From contig CALBDR010000358.1 of assembly GCA_937927525.1 (NCBI GenBank), positions 1 to 60,479 on the forward strand: DNA of 60,479 bases, written 5' to 3'. Below are positions 37,450-47,473 of the stretch, piece by piece. The notes under the pieces are model-generated. The model ran no database searches and was not told where the DNA came from. It was given only the letters and a program-made list of their open reading frames with translations. Position 1 is the first letter of the stretch, and the number at the start of each line of letters is the position of its first letter. The stretch is from an uncultured Candidatus Melainabacteria bacterium. GTDB lineage: Bacteria; Cyanobacteriota; Vampirovibrionia; LMEP-6097. The position numbers were made by a program, and so were the translations under genes.

Positions 37450-38802
37450 TTATACTCTCCTTAAAAGTACTTTAATTTTGCCGTCTTGTAAATTCATAAA
37501 TTCTTTTGATAATTGCAATTTCTCTATGATATCCCTAGTAATTATTTGCCCAGGAATAGTGATTGGAAAGCCTGGTGGGCATAATGCAAAGTAATCAGCC
37601 GAGATATACCCCTCAGCTTCAGCTAAATTTACTAATTCAAATGGACTAAAAAATGCTTTTTGAGGATTCAAAATTTGCTTAGCTGTGCTTAAGTTAATAT
37701 TCTTCAACTCTTCGCCCATGTGCTTATCGGCAGCTATAGCTAATTTTTTCTCAATTTTAAAATATTCTTCAATTAAATAATCAATATCCTTTTTTTCATG
37801 AAAAACACTTAAGAAGAATAAAATACTTTTATTTGAATATGATTCACAATAAATATTAGATTTTTCAAGCTCTGCATCAAAATCTTCAACGTTAATTCCA
37901 TTAGGTAATTTCAAAATCAACCTAGTGAAATCATGATTACTAGTAGCTTTTATCAGCTCTGGAATTTTACTAGTTATATGTTTTAAATTAGCAAGTAACT
38001 CTTCTCCATTTTTTTTAAAAAGCAAGAACGCTTCACAAAGACTTTTTAAAATTAAATAACTTGGGCTAGTCGACTGTAAAAGCCTTAAAGCATCATGAAA
38101 AGAATCTTTCGAAATTTTAGATTTTTTATTAACATGAGCCACAGCTCCTTGAGTGAGTGCTGTTAGACACTTATGCCATGATTGAATTACTATATCAGCT
38201 CCTGAATTTAAAGCTCCAGCAGGAAGGTATTCAGAAAAATAATAATGAGCTCCATGAGCTTCATCTACAATGACAGGAATTTCCTGCTTAGGTATTTCAG
38301 AATAGAAGCCTTCATAACTAGGATTAGTTATAACTAAAGCTGAATAATTCTCGCTAGAATTTAATTTCGAAAAATCAAGACCTGTATATAAATCCAAGTC
38401 GTCATCATAGAAAAGTTCAAGAAATTCAATATCAAAACCAGTTTGAATAATAGCTGAAAGCACTGATTTGTGAATATTTCTAGCCAGTAAAACTGGTTTC
38501 AAATCTCTAGATTCCCTCAAAAGATCTATTTTCAATGCCTGTAAAGCTGCTTGTAAGCCAAGACTGGCGCCATTAGTAAGAAAAAAGCTAGCTTCAGCAT
38601 TAAAATACTCAGCAATTTCTGCTTGAGCTTTTTTTATAGAGTCTTCAGGATATTCAATATTATCTAAACCTGGTAACTCCGTTAAGTCTGCATTAAAGCC
38701 AGACCTACCGATATGATTAGGTGTATGAAATGCGTAATGTGAATTCTCGCTATAAAATTTAATCTTTTCTACCAATTCCACAGTGGAACTTGATTTTAGC
38801 AA
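37450..38802 (-). CDS. PLP-dependent Orn/Lys/Arg decarboxylase family protein
   Basis: PLP-lysine block QSWHKCLTALTQGA and DEAHGAH. TTG start. Confidence 0.8.
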   Translation of the reverse strand: MLKSSSTVELVEKIKFYSENSHYAFHTPNHIGRSGFNADLTELPGLDNIEYPEDSIKKAQAEIAEYFNAEASFFLTNGASLGLQAALQALKIDLLRESRDLKPVLLARNIHKSVLSAIIQTGFDIEFLELFYDDDLDLYTGLDFSKLNSSENYSALVITNPSYEGFYSEIPKQEIPVIVDEAHGAHYYFSEYLPAGALNSGADIVIQSWHKCLTALTQGAVAHVNKKSKISKDSFHDALRLLQSTSPSYLILKSLCEAFLLFKKNGEELLANLKHITSKIPELIKATSNHDFTRLILKLPNGINVEDFDAELEKSNIYCESYSNKSILFFLSVFHEKKDIDYLIEEYFKIEKKLAIAADKHMGEELKNINLSTAKQILNPQKAFFSPFELVNLAEAEGYISADYFALCPPGFPITIPGQIITRDIIEKLQLSKEFMNLQDGKIKVLLRRV

Positions 38803-38813
38803 ACCAAAAATTA

Positions 38814-38926
38814 TTTTTCATATATCATCAGATAAGACCAAATCTTAGTTTCGGGGCAGTAGCCAGTTCGAACTAACAATATAATTTCAATAAATTTAAA
38901 TTATTCATCTGATGATATATGAAAAA
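38814..38926. repeat. Perfect 20-bp inverted repeat with a 73-nt spacer, in a divergent promoter region
   Basis: TTTTTCATATATCATCAGAT (38814-38833) pairs with ATCTGATGATATATGAAAAA (38907-38926). The spacer carries a nested GC-rich mini-hairpin and a TATAAT hexamer. Confidence 0.8.
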
Positions 38927-39115
38927 CAAAAAAAACTCAAAACTAGTGGAAATGAATAGACTTGCTATTAAATACATGATAAATTCTTTTATATGGATTA
39001 TAGAGATATTAAACTTGAAACTAAAGCTGACATTAAAGCTATTACAGAAAACTATGGTTTAGTTAACCCACTTGATTTACATGGCGAAAGCATTTCAGCT
39101 GTATCTAGAGGGATA

Positions 39116-39727
39116 ATGGGTTATGTTCCTAATGTAATCGAAACTACACCTAAAGGTGAAAGAAGTTTCGACTTATTCTCAAGATTATTAAGGGAAAGAA
39201 TAGTTTTTCTTTCTTCAGAAGTTAACGATATCGTTTCAAGTATTTTCGTAGGTCAATTATTATTATTAGATTCTGAGGATTCTGGTAAAGATGTTTACGT
39301 ATACATTAATAGCCCTGGTGGTTCTGTAACGGCTGGTTTAGCAATGTACGACACAATGCAACACATCGGACCTGATGTAGCGACTTTCTGCTTAGGTCAG
39401 TGTGCAAGTATGGGTGCATTCCTTTTAAGCTCAGGTACTAAGGGTAAGAGAATGGCATTACCTCATTCTAGAGTCCTTATCCACCAACCTTTAGGTGGAG
39501 CTCAAGGACAAGCTTCTGATATCGAAATTCAAGCTAATGAAATCCTTAGAATGAAGAAAATGTTAAATGAAATCTTAGCTGAGAACTGTAACCAGCCTTT
39601 AGAAAAAGTTACTCAAGATACAGATAGAGACTATATCATGAACGCGCAAGAAGCTAAAGAATATGGTATTGTTGATAAGGTGGTTTCTAAGAAACCAACC
39701 AACATTGAAAACGACGATAATTTATAA
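39116..39727 (+). CDS. clpP: ATP-dependent Clp protease proteolytic subunit
   Basis: [28 protein letters not shown] and IHQPLGG. The track ORF opens at 38993, but the ATG at 39116 follows AGAGGG and gives the canonical [10 protein letters not shown]-terminus. Confidence 0.92.
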   Translation: MGYVPNVIETTPKGERSFDLFSRLLRERIVFLSSEVNDIVSSIFVGQLLLLDSEDSGKDVYVYINSPGGSVTAGLAMYDTMQHIGPDVATFCLGQCASMGAFLLSSGTKGKRMALPHSRVLIHQPLGGAQGQASDIEIQANEILRMKKMLNEILAENCNQPLEKVTQDTDRDYIMNAQEAKEYGIVDKVVSKKPTNIENDDNL

Positions 39728-39771
39728 AAAATTATAAACCTATCTTTAGTTAAAATCCATAAAACCAATAC

Positions 39772-41124
39772 ATGCTTAAAAATAACGGCTTATTAAAATG
39801 TTCTTTCTGTGGAAAGAGTCAGGATCAAGTTAAGAAACTAGTTGCAGGTCCAGGTATTTATATTTGTGACGAATGTATTTCTCTTTGTCTTGAAATCTTA
39901 AAAGATGAGGGCATTATTGATGCTCCTGCTAGTACAGATTCTGTAAAAGCAGAACCTGAAACTCAAAATCAATTACTAGACTTTGATGATTTACCTAAGC
40001 CTAAAGAGATTAAAGCTCATTTAGATGAATATGTTATCGGTAATGAAATCGCTAAAAAAACATTATCAGTAGCTGTATATAACCACTATAAGAGAATCAA
40101 TAATAATAATAATAAGCATCCAGATGAAGAAGATCAGGAAAGAATTACGATAAATAAGTCCAATATACTTTTATTAGGACCTACTGGTAGTGGTAAAACA
40201 CATATAGTAGAAACACTAGCTAAGTATTTAAAAGTTCCTTTTGCTATGGCTGATGCTACGACGATTACAGAGTCTGGCTATGTCGGTGAAGATGCAGAAA
40301 ACATGCTTCAAAGACTTTATCAAAACGCAGAAGGTGATCAAGCTAAAGCTGAAATGGGAATTATTTATATCGATGAAATCGATAAAATCTCAAGAAAATC
40401 AGAAAACCCATCTATCACAAGAGACGTTTCTGGGGAAGGAGTTCAACAAGCATTACTAAAATTAATTGAAGGTACTAAAGCAAGTATCCCAGCCCAAGGT
40501 TCTAGAAAGCACCCTCATGCTGAGATGATAGAGATTGACACTCACAATATTCTCTTTATTTGTGGTGGAGCTTTTGTAGGTTTGGAACAAATCATTGAAA
40601 AGCGCAAAGAGAAGTCTAATGTAAGTGTCGGCTTTGGAGCAGAGAGTCTTTCAGAAGATGAAAAAAATAATAGGCTTTCAAAAGCCTTTAAATTCGCTGA
40701 ACCAGAAGATTTGGTTCACTTTGGAATTATCCCTGAGTTTGTCGGTAGAGTTCCAGTAATTGCAAGCTTAGATGCTCCAGACACAGAAACTTTAAAACTT
40801 ATTCTTACTAAACCTAAAAACTCTCTAGTGAAACAGTATACTAAGCTTTTAGACTTAGATGGTGTTGAGCTTAATTTTACAGATGAAGCTATAGAAAAGA
40901 TAGCAAAGAAAGCTCAAAAACGTAAAATGGGTGCTAGAGCACTTCGTAGCATCATTGAAGAAATAATGAAAGATATTATGTTTGAAGCTCCTTCTCAAGA
41001 AGAATTGGAGAAAATAACTATAACTGAAGATATGGTTGAAGATTTACAACTGGCTTCAGTTACACCTTTAACTAAAGTTGAGGCTGAAGAGCCTTCGAAG
41101 CCTAAAAAGAAAAAGTCAGCTTAG
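39772..41124 (+). CDS. clpX: ATP-dependent Clp protease ATP-binding subunit ClpX
   Basis: Zinc-binding CSFCGK...CDEC, Walker A GPTGSGKT and Walker [10 protein letters not shown]. Confidence 0.97.
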   Translation: MLKNNGLLKCSFCGKSQDQVKKLVAGPGIYICDECISLCLEILKDEGIIDAPASTDSVKAEPETQNQLLDFDDLPKPKEIKAHLDEYVIGNEIAKKTLSVAVYNHYKRINNNNNKHPDEEDQERITINKSNILLLGPTGSGKTHIVETLAKYLKVPFAMADATTITESGYVGEDAENMLQRLYQNAEGDQAKAEMGIIYIDEIDKISRKSENPSITRDVSGEGVQQALLKLIEGTKASIPAQGSRKHPHAEMIEIDTHNILFICGGAFVGLEQIIEKRKEKSNVSVGFGAESLSEDEKNNRLSKAFKFAEPEDLVHFGIIPEFVGRVPVIASLDAPDTETLKLILTKPKNSLVKQYTKLLDLDGVELNFTDEAIEKIAKKAQKRKMGARALRSIIEEIMKDIMFEAPSQEELEKITITEDMVEDLQLASVTPLTKVEAEEPSKPKKKKSA

Positions 41125-41143
41125 CACAAATGTGCAAGTTTAT

Positions 41144-42178
41144 TTAGGCTGCTGAGGGATTGCCTTTACCTAAACCTGGGATTGGTAATTTTTTAAGAAG
41201 TCCCGTTAAACTATTACCTAATCCAGTAATATTTTCAGTGATTTGATCTAAAAATCCTATCTTAACTTTTGATTTAGAAGGACTTTTAGCATTATTTCCA
41301 AAAGAAATATTTTTAGTGCCTTGAGTTACCTTATCTACTCCATTTTGAACACCATTTTTTGCAGCAATTGCAACTTCACTGGCTTTATTTGCAGCATTAT
41401 CTCCAGTTTTTTTTAGCTTCGCGCCCGTTTCTTCTTGAGTTACTTCATCTTCATGGATCTCTTCATCTAGATTATTTATCGCTCCACTTGCTCCTCCAAA
41501 GGCTTTCTTCGTAAGTTCACCCATCGCTTCCTCTAATATATGTTCAGATAGAGTAATGTATGGATGCTCACCATGTTTAAGAGCTTTTGTGAAAAACACA
41601 AGTTTTCCATGCTCATTTACAAATTCTGGACTTACTGATTTTAAGTACTCAGGATCATAAATTTTTGTAATGATTTTAATTAATTCCTCTGCTAAGTTAT
41701 CATCAATGTTGATATTTAATTTTTTTAATAACCAATGATCTGAAATATGCTTAGATTTACCAGAATTAGCCCCACCAAGATTAACTGAATTCTTTATAGC
41801 TTTGATACCTTGCCCAATCATTTTGTGTGGAAAAAGCTTATATCCTTTTTCATAAATAGAGTCAACAAGTCCTTCAAATTGCCCAAATATATGATTAGAA
41901 AACAAATTCAAAAATTGGAAGGGTTTAAGAAATGGAGAATGTGCAGTCATAAGAACAATTCTCAGACCTCTTTCGATTTGACTTTTATATTTAGTAGGCA
42001 TGAATTTGCCTGATAAAGCCCCCATTATATTTCTAGAAGGTTTATTAAGTCGATTAGCCTCGGCAGCTCCACCAAAATCATAGACATCACCATGGCTGGT
42101 CAAACCATCCAAAGCTGGCATAAAATTTCTTGGGGAAATACCTAAAATAAATTCCACTCCTCTATAGTATGTACACAA
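41144..42178 (-). CDS. Hypothetical protein (downstream of the minor pilin genes)
   Basis: 344-aa ORF with a TTG start of uncertain position. No recognisable motif. Confidence 0.55.
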   Translation of the reverse strand: MCTYYRGVEFILGISPRNFMPALDGLTSHGDVYDFGGAAEANRLNKPSRNIMGALSGKFMPTKYKSQIERGLRIVLMTAHSPFLKPFQFLNLFSNHIFGQFEGLVDSIYEKGYKLFPHKMIGQGIKAIKNSVNLGGANSGKSKHISDHWLLKKLNINIDDNLAEELIKIITKIYDPEYLKSVSPEFVNEHGKLVFFTKALKHGEHPYITLSEHILEEAMGELTKKAFGGASGAINNLDEEIHEDEVTQEETGAKLKKTGDNAANKASEVAIAAKNGVQNGVDKVTQGTKNISFGNNAKSPSKSKVKIGFLDQITENITGLGNSLTGLLKKLPIPGLGKGNPSAA

Positions 42179-42232
42179 TCTTAGCAGCCCACAATACGTA
42201 TTGTCAAGTTGCCAAGGCTGTGATAATATTAA

Positions 42233-42679
42233 CTAAGGACTAATAAACCTAAAAATATCCACCTGCCTAGCCATATCAGGATACTCGGCATCTTCTAAAG
42301 CTACTGCTGATATGGTAATTTTCTTCAATAGCCTATCTTCACTCTGCTTAGTCGGGTAGGGTTCTGGAGCAAGTGTAGTAAATGGATCAACACTTTCAAC
42401 CTTAATTTTTAAAAGATATTTACCATCGTCTAAAAAACGAATATTGGAATTACTATTAAAATAAGTTTTCAAATCAGCACTAGAATAATCTTTAGCTATT
42501 AAATTTTCCATCTCTTCAACAGCACGATAATATAATTCTGCTCGTTTATACTCCTTAGTGTTAGTAAGTAAATTTGTCGAATAGAATTTTAAAACCGAAA
42601 AAATCACTAGTGTAATAATAGCTAATGAAACTAATAACTCTACTAAAGTTACTCCTGAATTATTTCGCCTCAAAGTCAT
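42233..42679 (-). CDS. Type IV pilin-like / pseudopilin protein
   Basis: Prepilin N-terminal cleavage/methylation motif NSGVTLVELLVSLAII. Confidence 0.8.
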   Translation of the reverse strand: MTLRRNNSGVTLVELLVSLAIITLVIFSVLKFYSTNLLTNTKEYKRAELYYRAVEEMENLIAKDYSSADLKTYFNSNSNIRFLDDGKYLLKIKVESVDPFTTLAPEPYPTKQSEDRLLKKITISAVALEDAEYPDMARQVDIFRFISP

Positions 42680-45296
42680 GCTTTTTCATCCTCGTTATAT
42701 TTCTAGTACCCGGTTGAATAATAAATGGCAAATCAAAAATAGTCTTCGCTATTTCCTGTGGGTTAAAATTAATAGCTCCATCTGAATTTATTTGGATAGA
42801 AGAACCTTCCTGCGGGGATTTCACTATAATTGCTCCCTGCATCTCTAAGGTCCCTGAAATTTCTAAATCACCAATTACGTAAATTAACCCTTTAAACTCA
42901 CTTTGATTTTTAGTAGATCCTTCAAGCCTTACAGTTCCACCTTGAGGGCTCCTACCACCTTCGGTGGTATCTATAATTAAAATTCCTTGTCCATAAAGTG
43001 GGTTTGTTTTAGTAAAAGTAACTTCACCTTGAATAATATTTAAACCGAAATACTCTCCTTCATCAAAATACTCTTCAACTTGAAGTCTTTGTGATTCTTG
43101 TAATGCATATATGAAGCCACCCGGGAATTGAGTCTTCAAATCTCTTTTATAGTAATTTAGAGATGAAATATCAGAAAATAATAAATTATCTAAGTTTTGA
43201 AAACCACTAATATTCTCAAGTTCTAACCAAGCGTATTCTGGCTCTAAATGACGCTTAGCTGATCTTTCGTCAATAGATTGTGTGCTAATTACTGATGGAA
43301 TGAACTGGACTAAATTATCACGAATAAAATGAATATCTTTAAATCCAGGATCCTCTAATATAATAGCTTCATTCTGAATCTCTTTGATAATTGCATAATC
43401 CGAAACCGTCTCAAAGTTTGAACCAGATGGAATAACTGACACTAAAGCTCCAGGTTCAAATCTTACAATCTCAGGGCTCATGAATCGCTGTGATTCATCA
43501 TTTAACTCTAAATCCTCAACTACTGCTGAGCCATCCAAAACAAGTTCATCTGGCTTAGGCTCTAAGTCAGTATCTAGTGGCGGGAACTCATTAATAAACT
43601 CTAAGAAAGTATCACCTTTAGAGACAGAATCATTGAGCTCTGCTTTAGCTAATTCAATACCTTTCACCTTAAAATCTTTGCCAGCAAAACGTACTTTAGT
43701 ATTAGTAATCAAGGGTGCAGCTATTTTAGGAACAGTTCTTCTCACTATCGAAGATTCTTTATAAGTATAGCCATTAACAGTAGCTATAGACTCTAAAAGC
43801 CACACTGTTTCTAAATCAGAATTAATTAAGCTAAACTCTCTTTGTAGACCTTCCTGTCCAGGGTCCCCTGGTCTACCTTCCCCCTCTAGTCCTTCATCAA
43901 AATCATCGTCAAAATTCCAAGGTAAATTTGAAAGAGAGTTAGCTTGTAAAAGCTTTAGGCGAGTAGAATAGATCCCTGTAAAAGGTTTCAGGTCAGCATC
44001 CCCAGAAGATCTAGCTATAATATTAACTATCCAAGAATTACTTTCACCACCACTAGTGATTAATTTAATCATAAAAGTATTGTTTACTGGTAAGGACTTT
44101 GCTTCAAGATCAAAAAGAATTTCTTTATCATTAAAAGTTTTTATTTTAAATCTCACTCCTTTGAGATCAGGAACTAGAATTGCTGGAACATTATCTAAAG
44201 CTAAATTCCTTCCAGTTAACTTTAAATTTTTTATGACACCACTGTTTTCAATCTCTGTCATCTGCTTCATTCCAAGCTCTTCATCTTCCATAAAAATGTT
44301 ATGAAGTTCTGGTGCTTCTTTATTAGGATCAAACTTTGGTGCAACATAGAAATCTATTTTCTTTCCGGAAATATTTAATTTGTAGACTCCAGGTTTGATT
44401 TCTTCTTTTAGGTTTACAGTAATGACATCAGCGCCATCACTTATATTTATGATCTCAAAGTCACTTGAAGAAAAGGTAACTTTAGATGAACTAAGATTTT
44501 CCCCATCTACAAAAATATCTATCAAGTCTCCAGGAAAGGCATAGTTAGGACTAATAGATCTCAGTACTGGTTTTTTTTCATCAAAGGGACTTTTTAAACT
44601 TAAACCTAGATACTCGCCAAGTATATTATCTTGCTTGATGTTAACACGAATTTTATCAGCAATTTTAAGCTCAAAACCAGGCTTCAACTGTGATTTTTCA
44701 GGTATTTTAATTAATCCTACATAAGAAACATTAACCTCTGGCAATGGCAGATATAGATCTTTTATATCAGGTTGATCAGCCTCATTAAAATCTACCGGAC
44801 GATTAGCCTGATTGTTTTTCTGTTCAGCCAATAGCAAAGCATACTGTTCTTGGTTAATAACCTCTCCTGTTTGGATGTTTACATAAAATAAATCTTCCGT
44901 AACATAGTTTATATAGCGAGGTTGAACTTCTAAAATTGACTCATCAAAAAAATCATCGTCATCAAAATCATCATCATCATCATCATCTTCATCTTCATCT
45001 TCATCATCTTCAAAATCATCATCGAAGTCATCATCATCATCAAAATCATCATCTTCTTCGAAAGCATCTGTGTCTGGCATAGTCTGAGTATTCATCAAAG
45101 CTAATGCTCTTGCATTTGCAGACTCAGCTAGATATTTTGCTTGTAATGAAGCATAGGACTTAGAAGAGAGTTTTAAGTTAGTAAAAGAAAAATAAGTTAG
45201 TATTGAAAATAAAGCAGCAAAAAACAGAGCTAAAAACAAAGTATAGCTCAATGTAAATCCATCACTTAGTCTTCGTTCAGGCAATAATAAAGCCAC
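42660..45296 (-). CDS. Large PilX-like minor pilin / pilus-associated protein with a poly-acidic tract
   Basis: N-terminal DGFTLSYTLFLALFFAALF hydrophobic helix followed by ...AKYLAESANARALA (PilX_N-like). 40-residue D/E/F tract. An IPT-like segment, SISPNYAFPGDLIDIFVDGENL. Confidence 0.7.
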   Translation of the reverse strand: MALLLPERRLSDGFTLSYTLFLALFFAALFSILTYFSFTNLKLSSKSYASLQAKYLAESANARALALMNTQTMPDTDAFEEDDDFDDDDDFDDDFEDDEDEDEDDDDDDDFDDDDFFDESILEVQPRYINYVTEDLFYVNIQTGEVINQEQYALLLAEQKNNQANRPVDFNEADQPDIKDLYLPLPEVNVSYVGLIKIPEKSQLKPGFELKIADKIRVNIKQDNILGEYLGLSLKSPFDEKKPVLRSISPNYAFPGDLIDIFVDGENLSSSKVTFSSSDFEIINISDGADVITVNLKEEIKPGVYKLNISGKKIDFYVAPKFDPNKEAPELHNIFMEDEELGMKQMTEIENSGVIKNLKLTGRNLALDNVPAILVPDLKGVRFKIKTFNDKEILFDLEAKSLPVNNTFMIKLITSGGESNSWIVNIIARSSGDADLKPFTGIYSTRLKLLQANSLSNLPWNFDDDFDEGLEGEGRPGDPGQEGLQREFSLINSDLETVWLLESIATVNGYTYKESSIVRRTVPKIAAPLITNTKVRFAGKDFKVKGIELAKAELNDSVSKGDTFLEFINEFPPLDTDLEPKPDELVLDGSAVVEDLELNDESQRFMSPEIVRFEPGALVSVIPSGSNFETVSDYAIIKEIQNEAIILEDPGFKDIHFIRDNLVQFIPSVISTQSIDERSAKRHLEPEYAWLELENISGFQNLDNLLFSDISSLNYYKRDLKTQFPGGFIYALQESQRLQVEEYFDEGEYFGLNIIQGEVTFTKTNPLYGQGILIIDTTEGGRSPQGGTVRLEGSTKNQSEFKGLIYVIGDLEISGTLEMQGAIIVKSPQEGSSIQINSDGAINFNPQEIAKTIFDLPFIIQPGTRNITRMKKHDFEAK

Positions 45297-46015
45297 TCTT
45301 GGAATTTAACAGGTTCATCTTCCATTAAAGCATGAGAAGACCACTTAAACAATTCAAAGCGTGAATCTTTAGTTTTTTCATGAAGTAAATAAATTAAATA
45401 TGCTGGTGAGACTAAATCAAAGCGTCCTGCTGCAAAAAAAACTTTAGATTTCAACCTAGGTACCTTACGAAATGAATTCCAAGTCTTCACATGTTTATAA
45501 ATTTCTCTTAAAACTTGAGCATTAGTAGTTATAGATGATTTGTATCTAGGTCTTAAAGGAGTCTTTTTAAAGAAATCAAGGTTGGCCTGAATAAAATATA
45601 ATGGTTTTCCTAATAAAAAGTGTAAAAAATGCTTAATCGGAAAGATTAATTTAGCTGGTAAACACACTAAGACAAGTTTACTTACTAAATCAGGATACCT
45701 TTCAGCAATATTCACCGCAACTAAACCACCAAAGCTATGAGTAACTAGAGTTATAGGCCCTTCAATACCAATATGTTTTAAAGTTTCGATAGTGTCATGG
45801 ATATGAGTATCTATATCAAGCTTAACCTTCTCTGAGGGTTGAATTAAGTTTCGAGTATCTCCATGTCCTCTAAGATCAAAGGCTAAGCAATGAAAGCCTC
45901 TAGCTGCAATAATATTTAGCTCGTTTAACCATACAGTCGCGTCACTAGCACTACCGTGTATAAAGAGAACGGTAGGATTCTTTCGGTCTCCTCTCTCGTA
46001 ATAGTGCAGTATCAT
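45266..46015 (-). CDS. Alpha/beta hydrolase
   Basis: VLFIHGSASD and the nucleophile elbow THSFGG. The track ORF starts at a TTG (46063); the ATG at 46015 gives the typical MILHYYERGD...HG N-terminus. Confidence 0.8.
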   Translation of the reverse strand: MILHYYERGDRKNPTVLFIHGSASDATVWLNELNIIAARGFHCLAFDLRGHGDTRNLIQPSEKVKLDIDTHIHDTIETLKHIGIEGPITLVTHSFGGLVAVNIAERYPDLVSKLVLVCLPAKLIFPIKHFLHFLLGKPLYFIQANLDFFKKTPLRPRYKSSITTNAQVLREIYKHVKTWNSFRKVPRLKSKVFFAAGRFDLVSPAYLIYLLHEKTKDSRFELFKWSSHALMEDEPVKFQEWLYYCLNED

Positions 46016-46108
46016 TTTTGAAATCTTTAGGGTTATTAACTCCTCCTTAATTATTTTTACCAACTATAATAGTTTTAATATCAGAATATACGATAATAAA
46101 GTCATAAC

Positions 46109-47473
46109 ATGGGTAAATCTATATTAATGCCGGTAGATTATAAAGCCAGTTCTATAACTGAAGCTTTTGGGATTGCGTTTAGCCAATCTCGATTTGAATC
46201 TGCTGATGACTCATGCTCATGGTTTTCACCTGATTATCACCTTAATGAATTAATCAGTTCATATTGGGGAATTACCGTAAAATCACGGCCACTAGCCATT
46301 TCAAAAAACATAAATGATGATTTATGGAAAGGTTTAGTTTCTGAATGGGATAGTTTCACCCCCACTCCAGGGCAGTTTCGTTTAAGTAAAAGTCTAATAT
46401 TCAATCTACTCAGATTAAGTCTTGGAAAAAGAAAATCAGACTTTGAATTAAGTAAACTAACAGATCTTGAATTGAAAATTTTCGAACAGTTTTTTGTAGA
46501 ACTAGAGAAATACTGGAAAGGACAATGGCGAATTGCAGATCCTAATAGTTCTGGAACTAACGACTTTTTAATTTGGTCCCTTGAGTTTCAAAATGGTGAA
46601 CTAGCTTCATTTGCAATTAGCATCCCTCCAGGCTTAAGACCTAAAAACTACTTAGATCATAGTAATTATCGAGTGGATATTGGTTATATGATAAATGAAC
46701 TCGATTTTAAAGTTCCTATAGATCTATGTGCTGGTAAATCTAAGCTTCCTCTCTCTGATCTAAAGCAATTAGAGGAAGATGATATAGTATTACTAGAAAA
46801 AAGCTCCATCGATCAGTTGTGGTGGGAGCGAAATGACTACGACAATCTATATATAAATATAGAAATCCCGTCTAGAAACGACCCAAACTGGGAAAATTTA
46901 TATTACGACGACTTAGAAGTACCTGATATGCCTCAAGAAAACTTACCAATTGATGATAATGATTTATTTACTGACCTAAATATTGAGCTCACAGCACAGT
47001 TTAAATCCGTCAACTTACCACTAAAGCAAATCATGGAATTAAAAGATGGTGGAGTTTTGCCACTAGGCTTGCTTTTAGATAGTGAGCTTTACCTAATAGC
47101 TGCAGGAAATAAAATCGTAGCTAAAGGAGAACTCATCGTAGTCGGAAACCAGTTTGGTTTAAAAATCAAGAATACTAAAATTAAGTCTGAAAAGATAGGT
47201 GCTGAAGTTCAAGAACTTGGTCAAGGATCAAGGCAAGCTCCAGCTCCACAACAACAGCAAATGAGCCCTCAGCAAATGCAAGCTATGCAGGCTGCTCAAG
47301 CACAACAACAAGCTGCTGCACAACAACAAATGAGTCCTCAACAAATGCAGGCAATGCAAGCTGCACAAGCTCAACAGCAAGCCGCTTCGAATGAAGAAGA
47401 ACAACTCCAAAAAGAGCTTGAAGACGTAGGTTTAGACCCTGATGAGTTAGATGAGCTTGGTGAATTATATTAA
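46109..47473 (+). CDS. Flagellar motor switch protein, FliM/FliN family (C-terminal SpoA domain)
   Basis: The SpoA/FliN-like block is LNIELTAQFKSVNLPLKQIMELKDGGVLPLG...IAAGNKIVAKGELIVVGNQFGLKI. It is followed by a Gln/Ala/Met-rich tandem repeat and an acidic tail. Confidence 0.65.
   Translation: MGKSILMPVDYKASSITEAFGIAFSQSRFESADDSCSWFSPDYHLNELISSYWGITVKSRPLAISKNINDDLWKGLVSEWDSFTPTPGQFRLSKSLIFNLLRLSLGKRKSDFELSKLTDLELKIFEQFFVELEKYWKGQWRIADPNSSGTNDFLIWSLEFQNGELASFAISIPPGLRPKNYLDHSNYRVDIGYMINELDFKVPIDLCAGKSKLPLSDLKQLEEDDIVLLEKSSIDQLWWERNDYDNLYINIEIPSRNDPNWENLYYDDLEVPDMPQENLPIDDNDLFTDLNIELTAQFKSVNLPLKQIMELKDGGVLPLGLLLDSELYLIAAGNKIVAKGELIVVGNQFGLKIKNTKIKSEKIGAEVQELGQGSRQAPAPQQQQMSPQQMQAMQAAQAQQQAAAQQQMSPQQMQAMQAAQAQQQAASNEEEQLQKELEDVGLDPDELDELGELY

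Noticed and set aside
38850-38875. tRNA-like fragment (GTTCGAA) in the spacer of the 20-bp inverted repeat
   Set aside because: Only a T-loop-like heptamer is present. There is no acceptor stem, D arm or anticodon arm, and the segment is too short for a tRNA.
38993-39115. 41-residue N-terminal extension of ClpP implied by the track ORF
   Set aside because: There is no SD at 38993. The ATG at 39116 has one and yields the canonical ClpP N-terminus and length. The extension would also run into the promoter and inverted-repeat region.
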